This document shows, in pieces, positions 51,750 through 60,840 of a stretch of DNA of 64,000 nucleotides. The notes under the pieces are model-generated. The model was not told the origin of the DNA. It ran no database searches and saw only the letters and a program-made list of their open reading frames with translations. The position numbers and the translations under genes are program-made. Source of the DNA: Candidatus Woesebacteria bacterium (lineage in GTDB: Bacteria > Patescibacteriota > Saccharimonadia > Saccharimonadales > EFPC-124); NCBI GenBank assembly GCA_050115675.1, contig JASFQB010000003.1:34673-98672 (forward strand). The letters are read 5' to 3'. Position 1 is the stretch's first letter; every line of letters starts with the position of its first letter.

Positions 51750-52010
51750 ATGTGCACAACTTGTCGAAACGTGGGGGCAAAACCATGTGGAAGCACATAC
51801 ACAATATCCACAAACCGCGCAAAAACGCAGCGCAAGCCCACAACTTTTCCAGCATTTACACAGTTTTACACGGCAGTATACACACATACAATCCCACGTT
51901 TTGCACAAGCAATTTTTACAAAACTTCCCTATAAAATTACATTTTTGCACATTATACACACAGCCTACTACTACCACTACTACTTATATAAATAATAAAA
52001 AGAACTACTA
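51750..52010. promoter_or_regulatory. Putative oriC (dnaA-dnaN spacer) with DnaA-box-like 9-mers and AT-rich tract
   Basis: ATATCCACA 51804..51812, TTTTGCACA 51943..51951 and TTATACACA 51952..51960, plus further xxxxxCACA-type variants. AT-rich TACTTATATAAATAATAAAAAG at about 51981..52003. The ORFs listed here are compositionally implausible. Confidence 0.6.
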
Positions 52011-52020
52011 AGGAGGTTTT

Positions 52021-53115
52021 ATGAAACTAGTCGTAACGCAAGAAAACCTTACTAAAGCCTTGCAGGTTGTTGGTCGAGTAGCTTCGGGCAAAACACCACT
52101 ACCCATTTTGAATAATATTTTGTTCAAAACATCTAATAACCGACTTTTACTTGCAGCAACAAACCTAGAGATTGCAATTACCCAGTACATTGGCAGTAAA
52201 ATTGAGGCTGAAGGCGCAATCACTGTACCAGCTAAACTGATGAGCGAATTTATTAGCAACTTACCCAAAGGTAATGTTACCTTAGAGGTTGAAGGCACAA
52301 AGCTTAATATTAAAAGCGGTACGTATAAATCTGTTATTAACGGAATGCTACCAGACGAGTTTCCTGCTTTGCCAGAAATTACTGCAGAACAAGAAGTTAC
52401 TTTGGCGCCATCTATTGTAAAACGCGCTATTCAGCAAACGGTTTTGGTTGCATCGGCAGATGACACTCGCCCAGTTTTAACGGGGGTTTATTGTCATACC
52501 TTTGAAGGAGGTCTGTACTTTGCCGGAACAGACGGCTATAGACTTGCCGAGCGAAACTTGGGCCCATGTGAACAAACTGTGGATGCTATTGTTCCTGCGC
52601 AAACAATGCAAGATGTACTGCGCGTTATGTCTGATGGTTTGCACGAGGTTAAAATGATTTTTGACGAAAACCAGGTTAGATTTTTGTTAGAAGACATAGA
52701 AATTACTAGTCGTTTAATTGACGGCAAATTCCCACCGTACAGGCAACTTATTCCCGCTAAAACAGAGGTAGATATTACTGTAGACAAGTCTGAATTTGCG
52801 CGCATAACAAAAGTTGCAAGCTTATTTGCTCGCGAATCTGCTGGAAGCATTACGCTAAAAGCTAGCGAGGCCGATCAAAAATTGGGCATTCACTCTATTG
52901 CTTCGCAACTTGGCGAAAACACCTCAGAAACAGAGGCAAGAGTAACAGCCGCTGGTCAAGTTACTTTAAACTCTAGGTACTTGTTAGAGGCACTAAACTG
53001 CATTGACAGCCCAACAATTAATTTTGGATTTTCTGGAAAACTCTCGCCATGCGTGCTTACCGCGGCAGAAGCAGGCAGCGACTACAAGCATGTGATAATG
53101 CCGCTTAAAAGCTAG
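52021..53115 (+). CDS. dnaN: DNA polymerase III beta sliding clamp
   Basis: 364 aa behind AAGGAGG. LPILNNILF, RLIDGKFPPY and the C-terminal MPLK motif are typical of DnaN. Confidence 0.95.
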   Translation: MKLVVTQENLTKALQVVGRVASGKTPLPILNNILFKTSNNRLLLAATNLEIAITQYIGSKIEAEGAITVPAKLMSEFISNLPKGNVTLEVEGTKLNIKSGTYKSVINGMLPDEFPALPEITAEQEVTLAPSIVKRAIQQTVLVASADDTRPVLTGVYCHTFEGGLYFAGTDGYRLAERNLGPCEQTVDAIVPAQTMQDVLRVMSDGLHEVKMIFDENQVRFLLEDIEITSRLIDGKFPPYRQLIPAKTEVDITVDKSEFARITKVASLFARESAGSITLKASEADQKLGIHSIASQLGENTSETEARVTAAGQVTLNSRYLLEALNCIDSPTINFGFSGKLSPCVLTAAEAGSDYKHVIMPLKS

Positions 53116-53120
53116 ATAAA

Positions 53121-54191
53121 ATGGCCTATTCTTCCCTATCCCTTAAAAACTTTCGCTCGTATGTGGATTACTTTGTGGATTTCTCGCCTGGGGTTAATAT
53201 TGTTGTTGGGCAAAATGGTAGCGGCAAGACTAATTTATTAGAGGCTGTTTATGTTTTGTCTTACGGTAGTTCTTTTAGGGTTAGCGACAAAGAGATGGTT
53301 AAAAATGACGCCCAGTGGTTTAGGGTAGATGGTGTTTACGACGAGCAACGCCGAATTTTAACATACAAGCAAGAAGGCAAACCGGCTAAGCAGTTTACGT
53401 TAGATGGCGTTAAAAATCAGCGTTTAATGTACGCACAGCGCGTTCCGTTGGTTTTGTTTGAGCCCAATGAGCTGCGATTGCTAAATGGCTCTCCACAGCG
53501 CCGTAGAGACTATCTAGACGTGCTTATAGGTCGTCTTTGGCCTGCTGCCGGCCGTTGCAAGGGTCAGTTTGAGCGCGCATTGTTGCAGCGTAACAATATG
53601 CTTAAGCAGGCGGCCGAGTATTCTAGCAAAACTTTGGATGACCAGTTTTTTGTTTGGGATATAAAACTTGCAGAATATGCACAGGCGGTTGTGCAAAACC
53701 GGCTAAAAGTTGTGGACATTTGGAACGGTCAGCTTTCTGAACTTTACAGCTCTTTGGCTGGCACAAATTACAGTGTAAAAGTTGACTATAAAACAGATAT
53801 TTTGGCGCAAGACTACAAGCAGCAATTTATTGCCAAATTAAACGAATCTCGACAAAAAGACATTTACAGAGGTTACACAAGCGTTGGCCCGCATCGAGAT
53901 GACTACACCGTAATACTTAATGGTTCTGACGCTGCTGTTTCTGCCTCTCGTGGCGAGGTTCGCTGTTTAGTATTAGCCATAAAAATGATCGAACTTAACC
54001 TGTTAAAAGACTTAAGCGAGCGCAAGCCAATACTTTTAATGGACGATGTTTTTAGCGAGCTAGACGCCTCTCGCCGCCAAGCACTTGCAAAATTAGCAAA
54101 AGATTATCAAACAATTATAACCACTACAGATGCCGATCACGTAACATCGCATTTTGCTGGTGAGTATAAAGTAATAAAATCTGGAGATTAG
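53121..54191 (+). CDS. recF: DNA replication and repair protein RecF
   Basis: 356 aa. Walker A GQNGSGKTNLLEA, signature SRGEVRCL, Walker B LLMDDVFSELD. Confidence 0.93.
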   Translation: MAYSSLSLKNFRSYVDYFVDFSPGVNIVVGQNGSGKTNLLEAVYVLSYGSSFRVSDKEMVKNDAQWFRVDGVYDEQRRILTYKQEGKPAKQFTLDGVKNQRLMYAQRVPLVLFEPNELRLLNGSPQRRRDYLDVLIGRLWPAAGRCKGQFERALLQRNNMLKQAAEYSSKTLDDQFFVWDIKLAEYAQAVVQNRLKVVDIWNGQLSELYSSLAGTNYSVKVDYKTDILAQDYKQQFIAKLNESRQKDIYRGYTSVGPHRDDYTVILNGSDAAVSASRGEVRCLVLAIKMIELNLLKDLSERKPILLMDDVFSELDASRRQALAKLAKDYQTIITTTDADHVTSHFAGEYKVIKSGD

Positions 54192-54478
54192 TAGTAATTA
54201 TTACGACGATTTTTGCGCTTAACGTAAATAATACTTCCGACAATAATGCCCGGAAAAAGTGTTACAAATCCAGCGGCTCCAAATATATAAACTAAAATGT
54301 TTAGGGCTGGTTCTAGTGAAGGTTGTTCACCAAAAAGATTTGCCTCTGTATTAGATGTGTCTGGAGCGATTATTTTTGTAGTTGCATACGCTAAAAAAGA
54401 ACAAGCAAGCAGCAAAATTGGCCCAAACGCCAAAATCGCAGGCAAAACGTAGCTAGTTTTATTAGATTGTTGTGTCAT
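54188..54478 (-). CDS. Small two-TM membrane protein
   Basis: 96 aa, two hydrophobic helices and a basic C-terminus (KRKNRRNNYY). Confidence 0.55.
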   Translation of the reverse strand: MTQQSNKTSYVLPAILAFGPILLLACSFLAYATTKIIAPDTSNTEANLFGEQPSLEPALNILVYIFGAAGFVTLFPGIIVGSIIYVKRKNRRNNYY

Positions 54479-54640
54479 AACTCCCCTTTTTGTTATCTGT
54501 CAGATATTTTTGCAAATATTCCCCAAGAGGTCAAGTTTACAAACATTAGCGACAAAAAAAACTTTACATGTTTGCCAATGTGTATTAACATTCTTGTTAA
54601 GTCGCAAAAACGTGGCTTACCTTAACAATTAGGAGGCTAA

Positions 54641-55078
54641 ATGCACAAGCTAAAGTTTGCAGTTCTGGCTGCGGTGCTGCTAATTGTGGTTGTTGTTGCA
54701 GCTTGGTTGTTTGTTGGGTCGTCTAAAAACGATTCTGCAAATAACTCTGCACAGGTGGCAGCGCCAAACGCAAGTACTACATCAATGTCGGCAGACGACG
54801 AGCGCAGGTTTGAGCTGGCGCTTAACAGCGCTGACATTAACCAACAAGCGTCCGTCATGACCGCCGAAATGGGCGCAGCTTACAAATCTATGGGTCAATC
54901 TATGTTGCCAGATGGTAGCCAGGTTGATATTTTGCCCGAGACCATGACCGTAAGCGATAATGTAGCCAGTGTAGAGGCAACTCTTACGTTTTCTGGTCAA
55001 ACAAGCGAGTATTGGCTTGTTTTGGCGCGCACTGATGCAAGCAGTCCGTGGCTACTACTTACTACCGAGGGGAAGTGA
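54641..55078 (+). CDS. N-terminally anchored small extracytoplasmic protein
   Basis: 145 aa behind AGGAGG. TM helix FAVLAAVLLIVVVVAAWLFV and a roughly 90-aa soluble domain. TGA stop. Confidence 0.65.
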   Translation: MHKLKFAVLAAVLLIVVVVAAWLFVGSSKNDSANNSAQVAAPNASTTSMSADDERRFELALNSADINQQASVMTAEMGAAYKSMGQSMLPDGSQVDILPETMTVSDNVASVEATLTFSGQTSEYWLVLARTDASSPWLLLTTEGK

Positions 55079-55084
55079 TGCAAA

Positions 55085-56431
55085 GTGAGGCTTTACAGAG
55101 GGGCTATTGCTGCCTTTGCTGTTTTGTCTATGATGCTCTCTTTTTTGCTGGTGGCAACGCCGGCCAAAGCCGAAACCCCAGGTTGCATGCCTGATATTGG
55201 CAAAAAATTGCCTGTGCTGTTTGTGCACGGGCTAAATGCCAAAGGTTCAGACTGGGATGGTTTTAGAAGTTACCTAAGTGGCGAAAACGCAAATGTTGCA
55301 ACCGAGGCCTTTGACTACAGCGCCAACAACACTAAATGGGTTACCGATCCAAATATTGGCGCTGCATTGGCCGACAAGATTGCCTGCATGGCTACTTCTT
55401 CGCGCGAGCAAGGTGGCCAAGGCAAGGTTGTTGTAGTTGCGCACTCTATGGGCGGTCTGGCGACGCGTCAGTCCATCTCGGAGCGATCTGACATCCTGAA
55501 TGATCTTGGCATAGTAATTACTATTGCCACGCCAAATACCGGGTCAGACACGGGTGAATTTTTGGGCGATAGTCTGATAAAACTATGTAAAAAAGCTCTT
55601 GGCTTTGGATCAAGTCTGATTTGCGATAGCCTGACCAGCCGCGCCAACGATGCTGGCTTTTCTGCCTACCCTGCACTTATGACTGGCTCGCCAGAAATTA
55701 GTGCCTTGGCTAATTGGCCAAACGATTTGTCTGTGTACGCTATTGCTGGCGATATTAGGCCACACTACGACTTCTTTTTTGCAGAGTTTGATGGGTCTGC
55801 GAGTGGTACTGATACTTTGGTTACGGTGTCATCTGCGCTAAACGGTGCAAGTGAGAATACGCTCAGGTACGAATGCAGTGGCGACACGCCTATCGTGGTA
55901 CTTGGTTGGACTAAGGCGGATTGCGAACACAGCACTCTAGATAATAGTCAAGCCGTGCAGCAAAAAGTTGCCGATGTGGTTGGCAAATATATTGAGAAGA
56001 ACAAGCCGAAGCCGAGTGCTACGGGTACAGAAGTTGCTTTTAAGAATATGAAGCTTACTTTGCCAGATAATTGGAAGTATCAGTACGAAGATTGGAACAA
56101 TTCCCTGTCTTTGTATAGGGTCTCTGGCTGTTCTGCTCCAAATTGCCCCACTGTCCATGTTCGTGATATCGAAGGCATTGATTGGACGATTGGCGACGCT
56201 GGGGAGTGCAGTACTGGAGAGGGTTCCATCGGAAGCCTGGAGTCCCAGGGCACTTTTACGATGGGGTCAAAGAAAGCTAACTATTACACCATCCAGGTGT
56301 GTCCTAATACGCATGACGAGGACTATCATTTTTGGGAATTGCCAAAATCGGCAATTCTAATTGATACATGTGGGACGATTGTCCTGCCAGAGCTGCGTCA
56401 AATTTTAGCCAACGCCAAGTTTACTGATTAG
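55085..56431 (+). CDS. Secreted alpha/beta-hydrolase (lipase/esterase, PGAP1-/class-2-lipase-like) with extra C-terminal domain
   Basis: 448 aa, GTG start. Signal peptide ...LLVATPAKA, PVLFVHGL oxyanion-type motif, nucleophile elbow AHSMGG (GxSxG). Confidence 0.75.
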   Translation: MRLYRGAIAAFAVLSMMLSFLLVATPAKAETPGCMPDIGKKLPVLFVHGLNAKGSDWDGFRSYLSGENANVATEAFDYSANNTKWVTDPNIGAALADKIACMATSSREQGGQGKVVVVAHSMGGLATRQSISERSDILNDLGIVITIATPNTGSDTGEFLGDSLIKLCKKALGFGSSLICDSLTSRANDAGFSAYPALMTGSPEISALANWPNDLSVYAIAGDIRPHYDFFFAEFDGSASGTDTLVTVSSALNGASENTLRYECSGDTPIVVLGWTKADCEHSTLDNSQAVQQKVADVVGKYIEKNKPKPSATGTEVAFKNMKLTLPDNWKYQYEDWNNSLSLYRVSGCSAPNCPTVHVRDIEGIDWTIGDAGECSTGEGSIGSLESQGTFTMGSKKANYYTIQVCPNTHDEDYHFWELPKSAILIDTCGTIVLPELRQILANAKFTD

Positions 56432-56440
56432 TTTTGGTAG

Positions 56441-56472
56441 CCCTCGCCGATATGTTGTTGGCGAGGGTTTTT
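56441..56472 (+). terminator. Rho-independent terminator
   Basis: CCCTCGCC (56441..56448) / GGCGAGGG (56460..56467) followed by TTTTT. Confidence 0.8.
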
Positions 56473-56561
56473 AAATTCCATCCAAAAAGCATCTTGCCAC
56501 GCTGGCCAATTAATGCTATAAATTAAACATCCTGTTCATCCCTCTTTTTGTGAGGTGTTAA

Positions 56562-58166
56562 ATGAGGAAGTTCTTTGCATTGCGGCGCGCGGTTGCGCTT
56601 GGTTTGTCGCTTACTTTGCTGACGGCCGAGGGCGGCTGTGGTGGCGAATATTCTGGTGTTGCGCCGTCTAAAACCTTTTCGGCTACAGTTAAGTCGGGCA
56701 AGGCCGGCACTTACAAGCTTGGCGATATTACGGTTACTGTACCAGAGGGTGCGGTGCCAAAAGACACCAAGCTAACGGCCACCTCCCCTGTCAATATTAA
56801 CAGTGTAAACGCACCGCTTGGCGCCACGTCTGTAAAGTTTGACTTGTCGTTTGATGGTGGGCTTGAGCCTTCAAAGCCGCTAAAAGTTGCTATTCCGCTT
56901 AAGGGCGACTATTTGCCCGATGGCGTTCAGGTCGAGCGAGCTTTTTTGTACTCGCCTGACGACGCTGGCAACCAATGGCTTGTTCCATCTGCGGTGACCG
57001 ATGGCGTGCTTTATGCGCAGCTTAATCACCTTTCGCCAAAGATTGTTAGCTACCTAGACGACGCAAGTTTGCTGTCGCTGATTGGTGGGATTCCAGATCA
57101 AGTCGATTTTACGTCGGACTGCAAAACATCTGTCGAAACTCCATCTGGCAAGGTTAAGCTTACTGGCAAAAACTGGTCTAATGGTGATGAAGGCAGTCCA
57201 ATTAATGCCTGTTTAACAATAGAAGGCAGTGACGTCAAGCTAACTATTAAGAACCGGGTTAGTTACATTTTGTCTGTGGCTTCTACAAATGTTTCTGTAG
57301 ATACTGCAACCAGTTCAACCGAGGACGGCATTGTTGTTGAGCTTGCTAAAAGAATGTATCCTGCTCGAAACACCAAAGCCTTTTTGGGTCGAGACAGCGA
57401 GCTTGAAGTAGCTCTTTCTACCGACAACCTGCCGACCACGCTTGATCTAATTGCTGATACTAACACGTATTTTGCCGAAATTAGTTGGGCGTCGCTAAAG
57501 TTTTTACTTGGTGTGTTTGCTGGTGCTAATGAAAGCGATAAGATTGTCGAACTGGCAGACAAAGTCATAAGTGCACCAGAGGTTGTTGACTGCTTGCGCA
57601 CTGCTGTTGAAGCTGATGGTGATGATGTGTCTGCACTTGACAAGTTTAACTCTGTAACTGGCAAGTGCACAGAGCTAATCGTAACAAAAGCAAGCGCCAT
57701 TGCTACAAGTGGTGTTGCTGAGTGGGGGCAATTTTGGAATCGGATTTTTGCTATTGGCAGTGGAATTTCGACAGCGGTAAACACTGTTGTGACGGCTTAT
57801 TATGGTATTAAGCTGCAGTTAAACAATACTATGCGAATTACCGTGTCTTTTGCTTCTGGATCTTCTGGTAGTTCGCCGACGTGTTTGACGGTTGCGCAAG
57901 CTGAGAGAATGCTGAATGATGCACTGGCGGAGCACGCAAGTCTAACTGGCGATGAAGCAGTAGCCTCAGATGTTGTTAGTGTAAAGTGCTTTGATGGATG
58001 GGCGGTGTCTCACGATAAATACGGTGCAGTTGCTGTTTTTAAGCTAGATTTTGCTACATCGAAATGGTCATATGTTAGCACGCTGGGTGCAGGTGGCGGG
58101 GATATCTATTGTGAAACTGGAGTTCCCTCCGACGTTCTCGAAGAAGCTGACTATAGCTGTTCGTAG
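56562..58166 (+). CDS. Secreted/lipoprotein-like hypothetical protein
   Basis: 534 aa behind GAGGTG. N-terminal signal with Cys at LLTAEGGC (non-canonical lipobox). No catalytic motif recognised. Confidence 0.65.
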   Translation: MRKFFALRRAVALGLSLTLLTAEGGCGGEYSGVAPSKTFSATVKSGKAGTYKLGDITVTVPEGAVPKDTKLTATSPVNINSVNAPLGATSVKFDLSFDGGLEPSKPLKVAIPLKGDYLPDGVQVERAFLYSPDDAGNQWLVPSAVTDGVLYAQLNHLSPKIVSYLDDASLLSLIGGIPDQVDFTSDCKTSVETPSGKVKLTGKNWSNGDEGSPINACLTIEGSDVKLTIKNRVSYILSVASTNVSVDTATSSTEDGIVVELAKRMYPARNTKAFLGRDSELEVALSTDNLPTTLDLIADTNTYFAEISWASLKFLLGVFAGANESDKIVELADKVISAPEVVDCLRTAVEADGDDVSALDKFNSVTGKCTELIVTKASAIATSGVAEWGQFWNRIFAIGSGISTAVNTVVTAYYGIKLQLNNTMRITVSFASGSSGSSPTCLTVAQAERMLNDALAEHASLTGDEAVASDVVSVKCFDGWAVSHDKYGAVAVFKLDFATSKWSYVSTLGAGGGDIYCETGVPSDVLEEADYSCS

Positions 58167-58174
58167 TGCGAATC

Positions 58175-58206
58175 AAAGACCCTACCAGTTTTTTGGTAGG
58201 GTCTTT
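58175..58206. terminator. Bidirectional terminator between convergent genes
   Basis: Perfect 12-bp stem AAAGACCCTACC / GGTAGGGTCTTT with loop AGTTTTTT. Confidence 0.8.
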
Positions 58207-58210
58207 TAAA

Positions 58211-59485
58211 TTAATTACCCGACGACCTCAACTCCTGCCAAATATAATTTATCTGCACTAGCTCTGGTGTTACTCCGCTAGCTTTTAGTTGGTCGGCTAT
58301 CATTTTGCGGGTTTCTTGGGTGTCTGGTCCAAATGTTGTGGCTATAAAGTAGCCTTGGTTTGGGTAGTATTCTATTGTGGTGTCGCCTTGAGTTATGGTT
58401 TTAAAATTATCTGGTATTTTAAATTTACTTGCGCTTGAGCTATCTGATGCTAGGTAGATGGAGTCAAAATCTGTAGCAATAAACAAGTTTGCATTTTGTG
58501 CGTAAGGTACAGATAACATGCCAATTTTTAGTTCAGTGCTTTTGTAGAGTGTTTCTTTTTGTGTTTCGACGTTGATCGATTTCATGGTTATCTCGCTTGA
58601 TCCACCTTGGTATGTTACAAAAATTGTTTGGTCGTCTTTTGCCCAACTTGCGTAGGCTTCTTGCGACTGACTTTGAAGAATCTTCTTTTTTGAATCAAAA
58701 TTATAGATGTATGTATTTACTTTTTCAGAACTTACGGGCTCGTATATAAAAGCCCAGCTGCCCGTTGGAGATATAACTGCTGTGCTGACATTGTCTAGAA
58801 TTTGTGTTGGGTTATTAGTGTAGAGGTTGCTTTGTGAAATGGTTATATTGCTTTGGTAGATAATTTTTCCGTCATTTACGGCAAAGCTACTAATAGATCC
58901 ATTAATGTTATATTGCGTTTTTAAGGTTTTAAGGTCGCTAAAAATGCTAATTTGAGTTTGTGTTTCTAGCGATGTTGAGCCCACAAAAGAATTGTTATCT
59001 ATCCAGGCGACCTGCCTAAATTCTACAGGCTGGTTGTTTTGCGGGTTTGTAATAAGCGTGTAGCTGTTGCTGTCAAAATCTATGTACCACCAGTATGGTT
59101 GGTTTAGGTCAATGCCGCGCTCGTTTAGTGCTGGCGCAAGGTTGTCGTTAAAGGTTTGGCTTACGGTCTGAAACAGTGCCCCCTTACTGTCTGGTCTCAT
59201 TAGCATTGTGCCAATTGTTGGCAGAGTTGTCTCTGGCGTTAGCTGGCTTACTTCTCCGCTGTCGGGGTTGTAAGCAATAAATGATCGTCCGTTGTTAAAA
59301 ACAATCGAGCCATCACTGGCACGCGTGTCTGTGGCAAGTGGGTACTGAAGCGACATTTTTGTATAGGAAATGTCTTGCACTAGAGTGTTTTTTGGGTAAA
59401 ACGCCCATATTGCAAGGATTGCAGTTGTGGTGATTGCTAAAAAAATGATGATATTACGTTTTGTAAAAAGTTTTGCTATATCCAT
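58211..59485 (-). CDS. N-terminally anchored extracytoplasmic beta-rich protein (last gene of hydrolase operon)
   Basis: Start moved to ATG 59485 (MDIAKLFTKRNIIIFLAITTTAILAIWAF), which makes a TAATG overlap with the upstream stop. About 400-aa Ser/Thr/Asn/Tyr-rich domain. Confidence 0.7.
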   Translation of the reverse strand: MDIAKLFTKRNIIIFLAITTTAILAIWAFYPKNTLVQDISYTKMSLQYPLATDTRASDGSIVFNNGRSFIAYNPDSGEVSQLTPETTLPTIGTMLMRPDSKGALFQTVSQTFNDNLAPALNERGIDLNQPYWWYIDFDSNSYTLITNPQNNQPVEFRQVAWIDNNSFVGSTSLETQTQISIFSDLKTLKTQYNINGSISSFAVNDGKIIYQSNITISQSNLYTNNPTQILDNVSTAVISPTGSWAFIYEPVSSEKVNTYIYNFDSKKKILQSQSQEAYASWAKDDQTIFVTYQGGSSEITMKSINVETQKETLYKSTELKIGMLSVPYAQNANLFIATDFDSIYLASDSSSASKFKIPDNFKTITQGDTTIEYYPNQGYFIATTFGPDTQETRKMIADQLKASGVTPELVQINYIWQELRSSGN

Positions 59486-60840
59486 TATGATTCTACTCCT
59501 ACATGTATGTGATGCCAGTGAATGTAAAGGTCTCCGCCGTAAAATGCTGCGCAATCAACGGGTTTACTTCCACCAATGCACTTGGCGCTTGATTGTGGTA
59601 AGTTCCATATTAGCTGGTCTATCTTAAGCTGTTGATAGTTTGTGTATAAAAAGCTATACAACTTGTTGCCTTCTGCAGTGCCACAGATTGATGAGTTTCC
59701 TTGCGATATGCATGGCTCCCCATTTGCGTAAAATCCAAAATCAGCCGCGCGTCCAGCGGGGTGATCCCCTCCGTTGTCTCTGTGGTCTGATTTTAATGCA
59801 TTAATTGGCAACGAAGACACCCCGCTTTGCTCTAGCGATGCTACCAAGACTACTAACGTATTCATGGTTAGTTCGTTTTGAATGTCGGTTTTTTGCGTTG
59901 CGGCGTTGCCAAAGTTGCCTAACTTTAACTTGCTATTGCCGAGTATGCGTGATACTAGCTCTTCGCGCGACCCGGTAATTTCTTGGTAGGTTCCACTGGC
60001 GCCAACGCAATTAGCGCTTGCTATACTGCCTACATCGCCAGATTTTAGCATTACCCAAATGGTAAGAGCGCCTGGGCGATTTTGGGTTTTACCGGGCTTT
60101 TCATCACCTGGTGGAGTTGGGTCATTGGTACTACCCCACGCCATTGGTAGTTTATGCTCGGGTGTTGTATCGTAGCCCGCCCAAGTGTAGGCGTGTAAAT
60201 TCGGATCACCTCCGCCTGTCAGCCAGGGTGAACCTTGTCCGGATTTGTAGGCAATGAATAGCTTCATAGCATCGTTAACAGAAAGCGATTTGGACGTATC
60301 GACATTTACAGTGCTAGCTTTTGCCTTGCCTTTTATAAAAATCTTTATTGCCGATCTTGCCTGAGTGACTATCTCGTCGTCTGTTAGCTGTCGCCCAGAG
60401 TCATATGGAGCGGCATATGGGTCAATTCCGTTAGATCGAAGCGACCCTTCGTTTTGTTGAAATATACCGCGATAGTTCGGGTTACTAGTTGGATTGGTTG
60501 TCGATAAGCTTGTCTCAAGTGCATGAATTGCGGCTATTAACTGCCAGTCTGCAACGTCTTCTGCCGCAGATGCTTTTTGATACAAGGGTATTAGCCGCTC
60601 GTACTTTGCCTTGTAGTTTTCGTTAAAATACTCCACCGCAGCTGGGTCAGGGCTAAATCCCTCTACTCCTTCGGTTGTGCCACAGATGGTTAAGGAGTCG
60701 CGCGGGTCGTAAGTTTGGATGTTGTTTTGCGTAAAATCTAGGTAGTCAGATATAGCCGCAGATGCAGGTTGTGCAATAATTACCAGGCTGGCTGTTATAG
60801 CTAGCGATAGTTTGCAAAGGGTTTTTGTAAGACTAGCCAT
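59485..60840 (-). CDS. Secreted bifunctional cell-wall hydrolase candidate (lytic-transglycosylase-like + LAS/M15 zinc peptidase-like)
   Basis: 451 aa. Signal peptide ...IAQPASAA, ALETS...GIFQQ (SLT-like E-S/T...G-x-x-Q), DHPAGRAAD (HxxGxAxD) and WHHIH near the C-terminus. Confidence 0.7.
   Translation of the reverse strand: MASLTKTLCKLSLAITASLVIIAQPASAAISDYLDFTQNNIQTYDPRDSLTICGTTEGVEGFSPDPAAVEYFNENYKAKYERLIPLYQKASAAEDVADWQLIAAIHALETSLSTTNPTSNPNYRGIFQQNEGSLRSNGIDPYAAPYDSGRQLTDDEIVTQARSAIKIFIKGKAKASTVNVDTSKSLSVNDAMKLFIAYKSGQGSPWLTGGGDPNLHAYTWAGYDTTPEHKLPMAWGSTNDPTPPGDEKPGKTQNRPGALTIWVMLKSGDVGSIASANCVGASGTYQEITGSREELVSRILGNSKLKLGNFGNAATQKTDIQNELTMNTLVVLVASLEQSGVSSLPINALKSDHRDNGGDHPAGRAADFGFYANGEPCISQGNSSICGTAEGNKLYSFLYTNYQQLKIDQLIWNLPQSSAKCIGGSKPVDCAAFYGGDLYIHWHHIHVGVES

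Noticed and set aside
51739-52011. Three overlapping 60-90-aa ORFs, plus a 97-aa minus-strand ORF, in the dnaA-dnaN spacer
   Set aside because: The region is better explained as oriC with DnaA-box-like 9-mers. The translations are low-complexity (His/Thr/Gln/Tyr/Cys-rich), and all three frames are open at once.
55076-55087. In-frame TGA between the 145-aa and 448-aa ORFs, considered as possible read-through like the 48614 case
   Set aside because: The downstream protein begins with its own complete signal peptide right after the GTG start. These are two separate genes, and the shared frame is a coincidence.
57263-57784. 173-aa minus-strand ORF inside the 534-aa gene
   Set aside because: It is an antisense ORF with a Ser/Ala/Thr-rich low-complexity translation. 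The plus-strand frame has an SD, a signal peptide and a terminator.
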